Shown: in pieces, positions 1 through 12,606 of the stretch
Position numbering within the stretch: the stretch's first letter is position 1
Layout: each line of letters begins with the position of its first letter
Origin: Albugo candida
Taxonomy: Eukaryota
Reading direction: 5' to 3'
Length of the DNA stretch: 64,000 nucleotides
Assembly: GCA_040437565.1 (NCBI GenBank)
Contig: JBDOQK010000048.1
Location: 1-64,000, forward strand
Notes under the pieces: model-generated
Databases searched by the model: none
The model's input: only the letters and a program-made list of their open reading frames with translations
Told to the model about the DNA's origin: nothing
Program-made: the position numbers and the translations under genes

Positions 1-445
1 CTCGGTTCACGAGCTTGAAGTGACAGTCAGGAAACGTGGTCAGAAATCAGTCAAGAACGGCTATATGCGCTCTTGAAAGTGATGAGCTATCGCGGCTTCA
101 AGGTGATAGAGCTGAAGGGGTTCAAGACTCACCACTGGCAGCACTCTTAAAGCTAAAACGCAGTGTTCATAGTCCAGGAACGCACATCATAAGTCGTGTT
201 CGTTTTCTTATTGACGCCGCCTATTTTTACTTTGTTGCTGGTAAGTATGGATTCAGAAATCCAATTTTGTATTCGAGTAAAGATTCGGAACCGAACTGTG
301 ATTTCGATCTATTGGATGAAACTGCACTTATCCTATTCTCTTTCCCAACTTCCTTCAAAGAGATGCACGTGTACCTACCTTTTTTGTCGTGGAGTGTAGT
401 CTTCTGACGACCCGGAGGGATGGAAGCATTAGGAGAACATTTTAT

Positions 446-3400
446 CACTTCCTTAATTAGAAGGCTACAACGTAACCTACCAATTGAGTAGAAAAAGCTC
501 GAAAAAACAATCTTTCACAACCTCATACAATCTTTTCCTCTCCAAAGGGATGGTTCAAGTAGACGTATCGACAAAACCCCGGTTCCATCGTCAGCTTGGA
601 GTGACATGACGACCCTTTTAAGTCACTCAGACTCGGGCGATTGCATAATTATTGATGAATCATTACCCCTGAGTGATGATGTGGAAGTTCTTCCCACCCA
701 TAATGTGACGATACAGCGTGGTACCGGTGGTACTATAACTGCCTCGTTATATGGTGGTACCAAGGTAACTACAAGTGTGAAAAACAGACGTACCACTTTG
801 GCATACCTTATCAAGTAGTAAGAGTCTTCACGCGAAAACGAGGCTAGAGCGAAAGCACAATACCACGTGGAGCTCCCAACGCCGAAAAGCTTCGAATATT
901 GCTGCAATATCTTATCGTTATGGTGTAAAGTATCCTGATTCACCAGCTATGGTCGCCAAAATCGCGGCACGACCTCTCAAAATTGAAAAAGCAATTTATC
1001 CAATGATTTTGGCACGGGCAACGCATCGGTTCGTCTTCCCAGTAGGAAGTTGCTAGCCTCAATCCTCCGGGATCATGGCAACCCGGTTTCATCCTTTTTT
1101 GGATATTCGCCAGATTGAAAAAGATTTCAAGAGGGAATTTGAGAGTGATGGTTACGTCTACAGAACCGTTTGAATAACTGTATTGTTAGTCACCCTTCGT
1201 GGTAAAAAGTACTTATTTAAAGAGCACGACATTTTAGAATACCGGTATTATCTGGACGCGTTTGAAGTCGTTCTGGAAGTTTAGCGTATGGGTATATTGT
1301 AATACCTCCACGAAAAGAATTGTGGAATTCTTCGTGATAGCTTTCGAGAAGCAATTTTCTTCAAAGGAGTGGCTATGTCGACGCGGAGGATTTTCGCGCG
1401 TCTTTCACATGCCCAGAAGCATTGAATGCTTCGCTTTCAACTAAACGTGCACTTTTTGCTCAGCACTAACCATGCGGTTTAGTCTTAGTAGCCGTTGCTA
1501 CTACCCCAACAAAAGTTCACTAAACAACAACAAAAGTCCTAAAAAAAGGCACCCATGATCGCCTCGACATCACCGGTTGTGTTAGTTTGGTCCAAAACAG
1601 GTGGCTAAGCAAGAGAAGAGAAGACTATCCGACCAAATATCGTTGTACTTCAACTCTCCTCCGTATGTAACACAACCGGGCACCCCTAAACTTCCGCAAC
1701 CAACCCCTTCTCTTCTCCTACTTAAAAAAACATCTCCACTCTTCTTATCAGATCCAGTGGAGCGGAATGGGATCGTTCGTGAGGTAAACGCCATCGTGTA
1801 GATCCATTTTGTCACGTGATTTCAAAGGCATGCCCTCTTTCTATACCTTAGCTGGCAACGATCAATCACTTCTCGGTTCTCGCAACCATGGAAGTAGAGA
1901 TATGGGAGATTATATTGGTTGGAAACCTGTCACATGGCACCCGCTTCCATATTATTTTTGTTGAAAACACGGATCCCATAAAAGCTAGCCACTTCAGGAG
2001 AGGCTGCCCAGTTTTTTTCGCAAACGCCACAACAAGGACGAAAACAGAAAAAATAACTCGGGTTGGTCAGGGGGAGAGCTGATGGAAATTAAATCCTCCC
2101 CACACAATCCGACCAGACAATCTGGTCCAAGCCGATGCACAGATCCCTCATGTAAGAAGGCTCGTACATTTATGCACGAATACGAGCAAAATTATCCAAG
2201 CAGAACTTGATCCTCAGATCGCAATGAATGTGAAATGCTCGAGTGTATAGAGTCAAATGACACATCTGCTCATAGTTGATAGAATATTCGTAGCTTTTGA
2301 TTTGAATAAATATGTTACATTTCCAACGCGATAGCGTCGTCGTGCTGATCGAGCGGTTCCATCGAAGCGAGATATATTGCTCGAGAAAGTTATGTGGTGG
2401 TGAAAGTCAGTTCCAAATAGTTGACTGTGTCTCTCGAGTAACCAAAGCTCTCGCCATAATGGATCTAGTACTCATTCTCCATAAACGATCCCTGGGTCCA
2501 ATATCTCAGAGATAGGCCGTTATGTGGACTACGGGTCATCATTGCCGTTTAATGCCGCTCAAAGTCCTCCGTTCATTTTTACGCTTCAATGTGGGCATCA
2601 AGTGTTGGTCACGATGGTTCGGAATTAAACAGCGAGGTGGTCTCTGCAATGATATCGACGACGAGCTCTCCGTCAATCATAGCTGTTTCACCGAAGAAGA
2701 TGCAATACTTCACCTCTCCAACCAAGATGTGGGGTAAAACGAGGTTAACCACTTGTCCACATCAGCGTCAATTCTAAGGGCTCCTCGATTATTTCAACGT
2801 GGAACAATATCTCAGCACTCACGTTGAATGTCAAAGGAAGTCATAAAAATGATTATCTTTTCATCGATCACGTTTTTTTTACCACAACACAACATTTGTT
2901 ATGTTCAAGAACTAAGTTTCACGATCACAACCAACTGGACTCCTTTCAGTTTTAATTTCCTCAAAAATGCAGCACAAAATTTTTGTCAATGATCACAACA
3001 GTGCTTCTCTCCATCCGACTCAAAATCGCAGTGGCGACGTCATGACAATCCTTCGTTCGGATTTTTTTGGTTATAAAACAGCTGAAGAACTCACCGAACG
3101 AAGCATTCGAATCGCTATTTGGTTTTGCGTCTTCTCATTCACGATGCACCGGTGTATATTCACAGTGTATATGCAACGGTCAAGGCCGAGAAACTTGTGG
3201 TTGTTTATGAGTAATTGCTCTCCAGCACTTTCGAATCGACCCCAACACATCTCGTATTTGGCGATTTCAACACACCACTCGATCCAGCTATCGATGCTTC
3301 GAGTGGAACAATTCGAGACGTACCAAGTCGATTAGCGTGTTTGGAATGGCTTTCANNNNNNNNNNNNNNNNNNNNNNNNNNNNNNNNNNNNNNNNNNNNN

Positions 3401-3654
3401 NNNNNNNNNNNNNNNNNNNNNNNNNNNNNNNNNNNNNNNNNNNNNNNNNNNNNNNGGCATAGACAAGTAAGAAATTTTGCAAGTGCAACTCGGACCCTAG
3501 TCCTACTTGGATGGCACTGTTCAGCCTAGCGTGGCGCGCACCAATTTGCAACCCACCGTACTTTTGACAATTTACAACTCTACAACTTCACAACCTTACA
3601 GCATTTCCAGGCTGGACACAGTCTCGTATTAAGGTGGCTGAGGCTACTGCAGTA
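446..3654 (+). mobile_element. Decayed L1-type non-LTR retrotransposon (LINE), copy 1; RT region not seen (assembly gap or deletion)
   Basis: APE endonuclease motifs at ~2800-3355 (TLNVKG...ICYVQE..., HLVFGDFNTPLD). ORF1 remnant at ~750-900 (TTLAYLIK...EARAKAQYHVELPTPKS) matches the minus-strand copy at ~14900-15200. 3' end (3456-3654) is near-identical to the reverse complement of 13517-13675 plus 12682-12731. Many stops and frameshifts. Confidence 0.85.
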
Positions 3655-4670
3655 CAGTACCCTACCAAAAAGATTGTCGTTATTTTATAATCATTTTTTT
3701 TAGATACAACCAAGCGCACTTCCATCTTCAGCTCAATACCTCTCAAACTTTCAATACTTGTTTCTAATGCATATGAAGAAGTGTTTCCCAAAAATAATTG
3801 ATATAGATTAAGTTTTAGACATTTTATCAATATTGGAGCATGGCTTTTGCTACCAACGCGTTGATCCACCATTTGAAGCAAGAACTGCTTGAGTTATGCC
3901 TTGAAGGGTGGCGACTAAACTTTGCAACCAATCTTCATCTATCTTGGACCAAACATCTTGAATTTGATGTCACTATTCTTCTACATTTTATGCCATGAGA
4001 AGCTTCTGGATCTGATCTTTGAGTCTCGCCGATACATGTTCGATTGGGTTCAGGTCCGGAAATTTGGTGGCCAATTCAGCTTTGCAATACCTCATTCATC
4101 CCTCCATTTCTTAGGGGCATGGATTCGATGGATTGGAGCGCCATCTTCCATCAACACTGGACCATTGAGCTCAGCCCAAAATCTGCTCAATTGAATATCC
4201 TAGACTTATTCAACAAAGCAAACTGCTGTCTGCCGATTCCGACCTATGTGGGCCAATCGACTCTGTTTTTTCCCTCGAAAGGCACCCCAGAACATCACTG
4301 AAATATCGCCCTGATCTGAAATAGAGTGTTAGAGAGTCAAGATTGTACCTCTGAAAGGCCGTTCTCCAGAATAGCGGTAATTCTTGCCGATTTTAAAAGC
4401 TGGCTCCATCTGGCCAGCAGACCGAATTTCAGAGTTGCACATTTGCGTTTTTGTGTTTCCGTGCAAAGTCCGATCGACAGGCAATATGCTTTGCACTTCT
4501 TGGGCGCTACGCGGGAAAATTATCTAGTTTCATTAAGTCGCCTTCTTGTTGTTGACGGGCTGACTTGGAAAGTCATTTTGTTGGTGATGTCTTGAAGTGT
4601 TGCCCGCCGATCTTCGTTGATTTGCGGACCAAGTGCCCAGGCTTTTCTTGGGAATAACACTGGATTCATT
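3655..4670 (-). mobile_element. Tc1/mariner DD34E DNA transposon, 5'-truncated, pseudogenised transposase
   Basis: Minus strand reads EDGAPIH...KLNWPPN(fs)PDLNPIEHV at ~4030-4150. Element end TA|CAGTACCCTACCAAAAAG at 3655 interrupts the LINE 3' UTR at a TA. The other TIR is not seen. Confidence 0.85.
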
Positions 4671-7545
4671 TACTTTCGTATCGTCAATTAAGTAAATTAA
4701 GGAGTCTATCTCTCCTGTTACACCTCCAGTCTCCCAACTACTCCGTCCACCATTCCTGGTGCTATGTTCTCAGCTGCTAGCACCTGTAATCCCCGATTCA
4801 CTACCCAGACCACTCTCCAGTCCACTTCGCAGTCCACTCTGCCCGATCCGCTTACCTTGTCTACTGCTCTCGCTCCTGCTGCTTTTTACGTATCTACTTC
4901 CAATATTTTGCTTGCAAATACTGCACCTCTAGATTTGGTTAAAAACATCCTTTAATTCTCGAATCGCTATTGATGAGGCAGTAAAACGACATGCACTATC
5001 CAATGGGTTCGTTAGAACCATAGACAGTTCAGGCTTCCTGCCGTCAACATGGTTTCCCTTTTCGCTGCGTTGGTCGGCTAAACAAGAAGTTTGGTTGCTT
5101 GATGACGTTCGCTCGGATCACAATCATGATATTCCTGCTGACCTAAGTGGCCATCCAGGTGACAAAACATTTTCATCGCTGCATCTGAAACAAAGATCTC
5201 TAATGTCAATGTGCAACTGCCCACGAAGATAAATTGCAACGGTACTGAGGCAGATGCCGGCTGAGGGCCTTCAAGTTGCGTTAATAACAAAGGACATCAG
5301 TAATCAAAAGCTTGTATTCTGTGGCAGTAATTTGCAGGCCGCACATCCTCCAACTGCCTTGATGGATGAGCTCAGTTCTGGGAAGAAATAGAACCACAGC
5401 TCTAAATTAGACCAAGCATGTAATATAATCCATCTCTATGTCAGTCACGTTGCATCAAAATATCTGGTTGGTAAATACCATCCTGTGGATATGATTGACT
5501 ACACATATAAAACGAACCAGTATGGTATGCCACTTCTTCATATCGTTGGGATGACCCAGCTGAACCAGTCCTATTCCACTGCCATGGTCTTTGTCCCAGG
5601 AGAAAAGGTTGGTGAGACATATAAGTGCTTGATCAAACAAGAATATTACGTTGGCATCAGGAAAACTGCGTGCCTGCCTAGTAACTGACAGAGAAGTGTC
5701 ATTGATCAACGTCATGGAAATAGGTTTTTGTAGGGTTCTTCACTTTCTTTGTTTGGCATATCAATAAGAATATCTTGGCAAGCTGCAAAAGAGAATTTTC
5801 ATCCGTGGATGCTTGGAATGATCCATTGCCAATTGGAACACTATTGTTCACTGCTCTACAGCCAACAAGTACAAGGATCTGTGGGATACTTTAAAACCCC
5901 AACATGAGGAATTCCATGCAAAGTGCATCACGTATCTGCGCGAAACTTGGCTACCTTGGAAAGTACACTGTATAGAGACATGGATTTCGAGATGATTTTT
6001 ATCTCGAACACATCACCTCCTCTCGAGCTGAGGGTGCACACTGATTCCTCACAAAATATGTGCGCATGTTGACAGGTGACCTTCAACAGGTGGTAGGCCA
6101 ACTTAACATTGCCATTCAACACCAGCTTGATGCAATCCGAGCTGGTGAGAACAACTAAAAAATCCAAAAATACCAGGACACCCTTCTTCAGCTTCTTCGG
6201 TGTGTGGTGTCCGGCTTCGCCATCGAAAAGGTATGATACTTTTTTTTTGCAATAGGTCATAAAATGATAAAGGCTCACATGTGTGCAAACTTCATCCAAT
6301 TTCTAGATTTTTACCCAGTTGGAGGCAGTAAAAGCATTACAGAAAGGTGAGAAATCACTCGTCAAACTTTGCCTTTGTGCAGAACCTGTCACATTTGGCT
6401 TGTCTTGCTAACATACTTCGCAAGCAAACCTACAGGCCAACGATTCTCTGGCCATAGATGACTTGCACTCATTATGGATCTGGGTGAAAGAGAGTCCGCA
6501 AAATTATGTGCAAAGAGATATCAATAGTTGGGAGGACACACACTCCGAGATCCATGAGGTGTATAATAGTGCTGCTCCCATGAAAAAGCTCGTTTGCACT
6601 CAGCGATTGAAGATATTTTGGCTGAGCAGGACCTTCTCCCACCACTTTACGTCCAAACGCTTGGGCGACCTGCACAAACGAAGTCTATAAAATCAAAAAT
6701 GTGTGATTTATAAGGCTTTGAATACCATCAACCTGAAAAAGAAAAAAGAAATGCCTATCTTGTTGCAAGTGGGGGCATAACAAAAGAACGTCTGAAAATT
6801 GCGACAGGTATGTAGGTATCTCTGTTGTTATTCCGAAATACAACAAGCAATCCAGCTAATGACAAATTTTCTGAGGAGAAGATTAGGGACTTGGCTGCAG
6901 AGGTTAGTCATCTCAATCAAAGTAGTTTAGTTGTCAAGGCCGGTAACTGAATCAAGGATAATAATTTCATATTATGGTAATAGTTGTCTGCTGGGTTCGT
7001 TCATACCAAAAAGAACGACGTTTTTGAAGAGAATTAGGACCTGCGCGAAGATATACAGCCATTGCTTGACGAAAACATGTGGCTAAATGATCAGACAATG
7101 GTGCCATTTTTGCGTACCTACACGCTTGAACCTACTGCACAAAGCAAGCGGATGGTAATTCCTATGGCATTTTTACATCCTACCACGTTTGTAAAGCTTC
7201 GCAAGGGAGGGCTAGTGTTGAGGTGCAGAACCAGCTCATGTGTTTCAAGCCAATATTCTGCGTAAACTGCAGGTTCTACAGAAAGCTTAGTAGAATCAGC
7301 AAAGAGCGCAAATCAATAGAAGGCAATCGTGGCCGAGTTTTTCCTCTTCTCTGAAATGCCTGCCTACTAGGTTACTTTTACTTTTCTCAGAATAAGTTCA
7401 GCTTTTCTCATTGTGTTACTGCCACCAGCTAGAAGTGGACTTGAGAGCAGCGGACATGGCGGTACGAAAGTAGGGGGTATGTTTGTAATTTCTATTTTCA
7501 GGGGTGTGTCCGTAGCAAAAATTGGGTGTGTCCGCAGCAATTTCC
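4671..7545 (+). mobile_element. Mutator-like element (MULE-1) with decayed transposase and Ulp1-like remnant
   Basis: DYTYKTNQYGMPLLHIVGMT (5485-5688), VTDRE, HINKNI and RAEGAH motifs. WLNDQTM remnant at ~7080. Right TIR ends ...GTGTGTCCGCAGCAATTTCC at 7545. Left end matches the derivative at 13385-13475 but lacks the outermost TIR bases. Confidence 0.85.
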
Positions 7546-7580
7546 AAAAAATATACCAATCTAATAATAAAATATATCAA

Positions 7581-10500
7581 GGGACCCGTTATTCAGCCAC
7601 CACCTTTTCTGTAATCAGCCACCAGCCTCCACTAACTAATAGTTTAGTGGCCTCTGATTGGTTTAAGTAAACATAATAGAATAAATTGAATTAAATCATG
7701 GGCATCGTTATTCAGCCACCACCCTACATAAATTGATGGAAAGCGAGGCCTCTGACTGGTCTGAATAGACGCAACGGAAGAAATACAATAAGATCACGCA
7801 AAATGTTTTTGGTTTCTGCAATTCGTATTACTTAATTTAGGTCTGGGTCTAGGTCTAGATCTACTGCTGCAGTTGTTGCTGGTGTTGTTCGTGCTGATGG
7901 TGCTTCTTGACGGTAGCTTCTGGCATTGTTGCCTGTCTTTTGGCATTTCCGACATCTTCGGCGATGCACAGGAGCATTCAAAGCAGCAGTAACATGCTCG
8001 AAGTTTGATGAAAGTCGCTGTGTGAAGCTCGATAATCTACTACGCGTGCGCACTTGCACATGATCGCGAATTTTTGTCTCTGGGACTGCCAAGATATAGT
8101 CTAGCAGCACACGCTCACGATGGATGATTGGAATCATCCTCATACTCATCAGTAATCCTCTTCAAAACTTTCAATTTCAATTGGTATGGTCCCAGCATTC
8201 AGTATGGATTGACATTGGCAGTACCAGCCACCAATGCTGATCAAATCATTAACAGACAGAGGCATTACTTGGTGACGAAAAGCATGGGCGCAAGGATGGA
8301 CCATTGCATTTGTCGTCAGGCCTACGGGTAGCTTGAAGTTGAAGTTACTTGCACTTAATGGCACGTTTCGCAATTACTTGCATTTGATCGCAGTCTACAA
8401 CCTTGACAATCTCGGTCATCACTAAGCCGCTGCTGGTACTGCGGGTGAGCTGAGCGCAGACCTGCTACTGTAATTTTCCCCGTCAGCTCTCAGAACTAAG
8501 ATGCATCGTGATTATAGCCCGCTGCTTTGCGTTTTGCTTCACAATGACAGTAAGCTGGCCTCCGCAGGCAAGGCAAAATGCTGAATCCACTGAGAGTAGA
8601 TTACCTGCAATAGATGGAATTTCAGATAAACATGACTGTTGCCAGTATAATCATCATACAATACAGATTACCTGTTGATACAGAAGCCATTTTTTTTAGG
8701 GCAGCATGGGCGCTCTCCACCCGGGATGTTGTTACAGGCCCATAATGACGCTTATTGGACAGGAAAGCATCAACAAACCGCTCCTTGTAACCAGTCAAGT
8801 TGTCTCAAGGTGGCTCATCGAAGCTGCAGGGAAAATGGCATGCATTTCTGAAAGTTGAGTCTGAAATCTGCAATGGCTGTGGTGGCAACAAGTTGCTTGC
8901 AGGATTGGTTGAATTCTTGTCAGGTTTCTGAGGTTCAAAATGCTTTCCTTTCCTTGGCAAGAATGTTCTTGCTGATATGCCAGTGGCAAAGCAAGAAAGA
9001 TGCATTAGGAAACCTCTCAAAAAGCGCACTCATCAGCGCAAGCTCTCGATCAGTGCGAAAGGTGAGTGATGCATGCTGTAGGCCATATCTTTCGAAAATT
9101 ATTCTCAACATGGCGCATTGCCCATAAGTAGTCTGCCTAAGTCTCGTAAGCAGTATGCGATTGTATAAGTGTTTTTTGTTGCGGTGATGCTAATAATATG
9201 GAGGAGGGGGAGTCCACATATGTTGTTTTGTAGGTAGCATCATCAAGACAGACACGACCAGCACTGTACCTGTTGCGAATCTCCATTGCAGAAGTTGAGA
9301 TAATCAGCTGGTGAGTTAGCCGCTGCAGACCCTCAAACTGAAAGAAGTAGTCACCGGGAGCAAGACCATCCAATGAAGCTACCAGTGGAGATCGGCCTGC
9401 CAGTATCCTGTTGCGTTCTTCATGACGCAAATTGTAGATATCTTGAGCTGTGGCTATGACATTGTTGTTTGGCGCAGTGAAGTGATAATACGGCTGGGTG
9501 TCACACCAGAACAACCCATCATCAAGATTGATTGACGGCGTTTCTTTGTTTANNNNNNNNNNNNNNNNNNNNNNNNNNNNNNNNNNNNNNNNNNNNNNNN
9601 NNNNNNNNNNNNNNNNNNNNNNNNNNNNNNNNNNNNNNNNNNNNNNNNNNNNCATGCTGTAGGCCATATCTTTCGAAAATTATTCTCAACATGGCACATT
9701 GCCCATAAGTAGTCTGCCGAAGTCTCGTAAGCAGTATGCGAATGTATAAGTGTTTTGGTTGCGGTGATGATAATTATATGGAGGAGGGGGAGTCCATATA
9801 TGTTGTTTTGTAGGTAGCATCATCAAGACAGACACGACCAGCACTGTACCTGTTGCGAATCTCCATTGCAGAAGTTGAGATAATCAGCTGGTGAGTTAGC
9901 CGCTGCAGACCCCCAAACTGAAAGAAGTAGTCACCGGGAGCAAGACCATCCAATGAAGCTACCAGTTGAGATCAGCCTGCCAGTATCCTGTTGCTTTCTT
10001 CATGACGCAAATTGTAGATATCTTGAGCTGTGGCCATGACATTATTGTTTGGCGCAGTGAAGTGACAATACGGCTGGGTGTCACACCAGAACAACCCATC
10101 ATCAAGATTGATTGACGGCGTTTCTTTGTTTAAGCGCACCCTTTTGGATGCGCAGATTGGTAGGCAAAGGGAGTATGATTGCGTTCTTCAGTGTCAACTG
10201 GCACCTGCCATTCACCAGACTTTTGTTTCCGTATGTTGGCCTTGAACAAGCACCCAGTGCTGCGGCTAGAAGACACACGTTGACGAGTACCCACACCCAC
10301 CACTGGGCTGGGGTTTGATTGGGAGCAGACAAGCATAAAAACTGTCACTTCTCCATCTGCTATATTGCCTATCTCTTTTGTGTGTTTGATAACAACAACA
10401 TAGCCTTGTTGTAGTGCATGATCATCAACTGCTTCCTTCTCTTGTTCCATGGAAGCGTAGAAAATTTGGGGTGATGGTGCAAGGCTGTCATTGTAGTTTG

Positions 10501-11649
10501 TAGAGAAGATACCAGTTGGATTTTATTGTATTTATTCCGTTGCGTCTATTCAGACCAAACAGAAGACAGGCTTGACATTTATTTATGGAGGGTGGTGGCT
10601 GAATAACGATTCCCGTATTTCAATTTAATTTAGGGAGCTACTATCCGGACCTCCCTCTCCTCGCATAGGTTTTTATATATCTCCTATAATCAAATATGAG
10701 TCTATTATACCTTGTAATGCTTTGATTTGTTTATGTGCTGAGTTCGGCCTTTCAGTTCTGGTAAAGGGAGATGCGTCGACAAGTAGAATTCCGAACGACG
10801 TATAATTTTACTACAAAAATGCTATGACTGCTGAATCTATAGTTGATTTACTAATTCGTTTGGAAGGGGGTGTAATGAATGGGAAAGGTTATCATAAAAA
10901 TAAGAGCGACGGAAAAAATTCTCCATAGCCTATACAAATCTAAATCCCACCTGCTAATACATATCTACTCGTTTTCATTTTGAGGCTCACAGCTGGGCCA
11001 ACATCTCCGCGCGGAATTCTTGGGCAAGCGGGATATCGTCGGCGGTATCGCTTTCAATTTCAATAGCCTGAAAAAAAACCCGGTAAGAGAAATCATACAC
11101 GAATCATTGTGGCTCGCATCAACGCCTTCTCTTGCACTTTTGTATTTCTTTTCGCTATTGGTAATAGTCATTGTGATGGGATGAGTCTGGAAAAACGGAA
11201 GATGTCAGTAAGAAAGTATCAAAGGGATCTTAAGACAAACCCGCATGCATGAATACTGTTGACTTACAACATCGCGCACTATTTCAAGCAGAACGGTCGT
11301 TCAATGACGTCATAGCGACGGACAGTCTCCCGTGGTTGAACTATTTCAATGTCGCATGGACCACTATTTGACCATATTCCGTGGTCATGTAGCACATACG
11401 TGCTGTATAGGGTAAGGGGTGTCCCGTTTAGGATGTGCCGCGCAATAATATGTGATCTATTTATGAACCGAAATAATGGGGGGGGGTTATTAAAATATAT
11501 AAAACATATGCGAGGAGAGGGGGGTCCGGATAGCAGCCCCCTCAATTTATTCTGTTTTATTATTTAAAGCATCAGAGGCCACCAAAACTATTAGTTGATA
11601 GAGCCTGGTGGCTGATTAAAGAAAAGGTGGGGCCTGAATAACGGTTCCC
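7581..11649 (-). mobile_element. Mutator-like element (MULE-2) with ~200-bp TIRs and decayed transposase
   Basis: TIRs GGGACCCGTTATTCAGCCACC... (7581) and ...GCCTGAATAACGGTTCCC (11649). Minus-strand FAR1-like N-terminus (10450-10130), DDATYKT motif, RVESAHAALKK motif and C-terminal CRKCQKTG knuckle (~7930). Right TIR interrupted at 10633-11541. TSD not recognisable. Confidence 0.85.
10633..11541. mobile_element. Non-autonomous TIR element (MITE-like) inserted in the right TIR of MULE-2
   Basis: TIRs GGGAGCTACTATCCGGAC... and ...GTCCGGATAGCAGCCCCC. Flanks TTAATTTA / TCAATTTA (8-bp TSD, 1 mismatch). Removing it restores the TIR seen at 7581-7790. Confidence 0.85.
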
Positions 11650-12606
11650 ATAGATATAGGCAATTGTTATATTCACTCCCTTCTTGGTTAAATTCACTCC
11701 CTTTATAATCATGTGGTACACACAATTATACTATATATACTTTTAGGTATTATAGAAAAAATATNNNNNNNNNNNNNNNNNNNNNNNNNNNNNNNNNNNN
11801 NNNNNNNNNNNNNNNNNNNNNNNNNNNNNNNNNNNNNNNNNNNNNNNNNNNNNNNNNNNNNNNNTAATTTTTTTGTAATCTCAAAAGACATATACTAATT
11901 GTGTGCAACACTACTTAGTTTTGCCCATCCAAAGAGATTTACTTAGCAGTTGTTTTCTCTTAAGGCTTATGAGCAGGGATGGGTGATGAAAGCGTTCAAT
12001 GGGATATTATTATCCCAGGATCTCTGATCCAAGAATACGAGATCATGACCGCTATATTATCTATATTTCAAATTGTGCCAGCATTATTGCTTGGTTTCGA
12101 TTAATGATGTCTGTAATAGTGTAATTAGATTGACTGACTTTCTACATGCCTCAGCTATCTGAAATAATAAATTTTGAAGATGTTTCTGTCGACTGAAGGG
12201 AAAGAGTGCTTCAATTCGGAAGTGCATTTAATAGGTCATTAGTTTCTTAACCGCTATTCTAAGCCTGTACAAACTTATCTTGCTTGAAGGTGTCTATATA
12301 ACTAGAATTAGACTAAGTAACTTCTATAGTTGCGTAGGCTATCGTAGACAACAAATATACATTTAGAAACGTTTCGTGAAAATACCTGTGAAGGNNNNNN
12401 NNNNNNNNNNNNNNNNNNNNNNNNNNNNNNNNNNNNNNNNNNNNNNNNNNNNNNNNNNNNNNNNNNNNNNNNNNNNNNNNNNNNNNNNNNNNNNGTTTCT
12501 TAACCGCTATTCTAAGCCTGTACAAACTTATCTTGCTTGAAGGTGTCTATATAACTAGAATTAGACCAAGTAACTTCTATAGTTGCGTAGGCTATCGTAG
12601 ACAACA

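Noticed and set aside
1-445. ORFs 36-407 (+) and 227-448 (-)
   Set aside because: No recognisable motif. Probably a decayed repeat cut by the window edge.
3570-3600. TTACAAC-like repeats as telomeric or satellite DNA
   Set aside because: They are part of the LINE 3' UTR in all three copies and do not match the TTTAGGG telomere repeat.
9073-10132. Tandem ~480-bp duplication in the MULE-2 transposase
   Set aside because: Flanks a 100-N gap. The few differences fit haplotypes or collapsed paralogous copies.
11659-11710. Repeated ATTCACTCCC motif, possible TIR start of another element
   Set aside because: No partner end found, and the adjacent gap prevents support.
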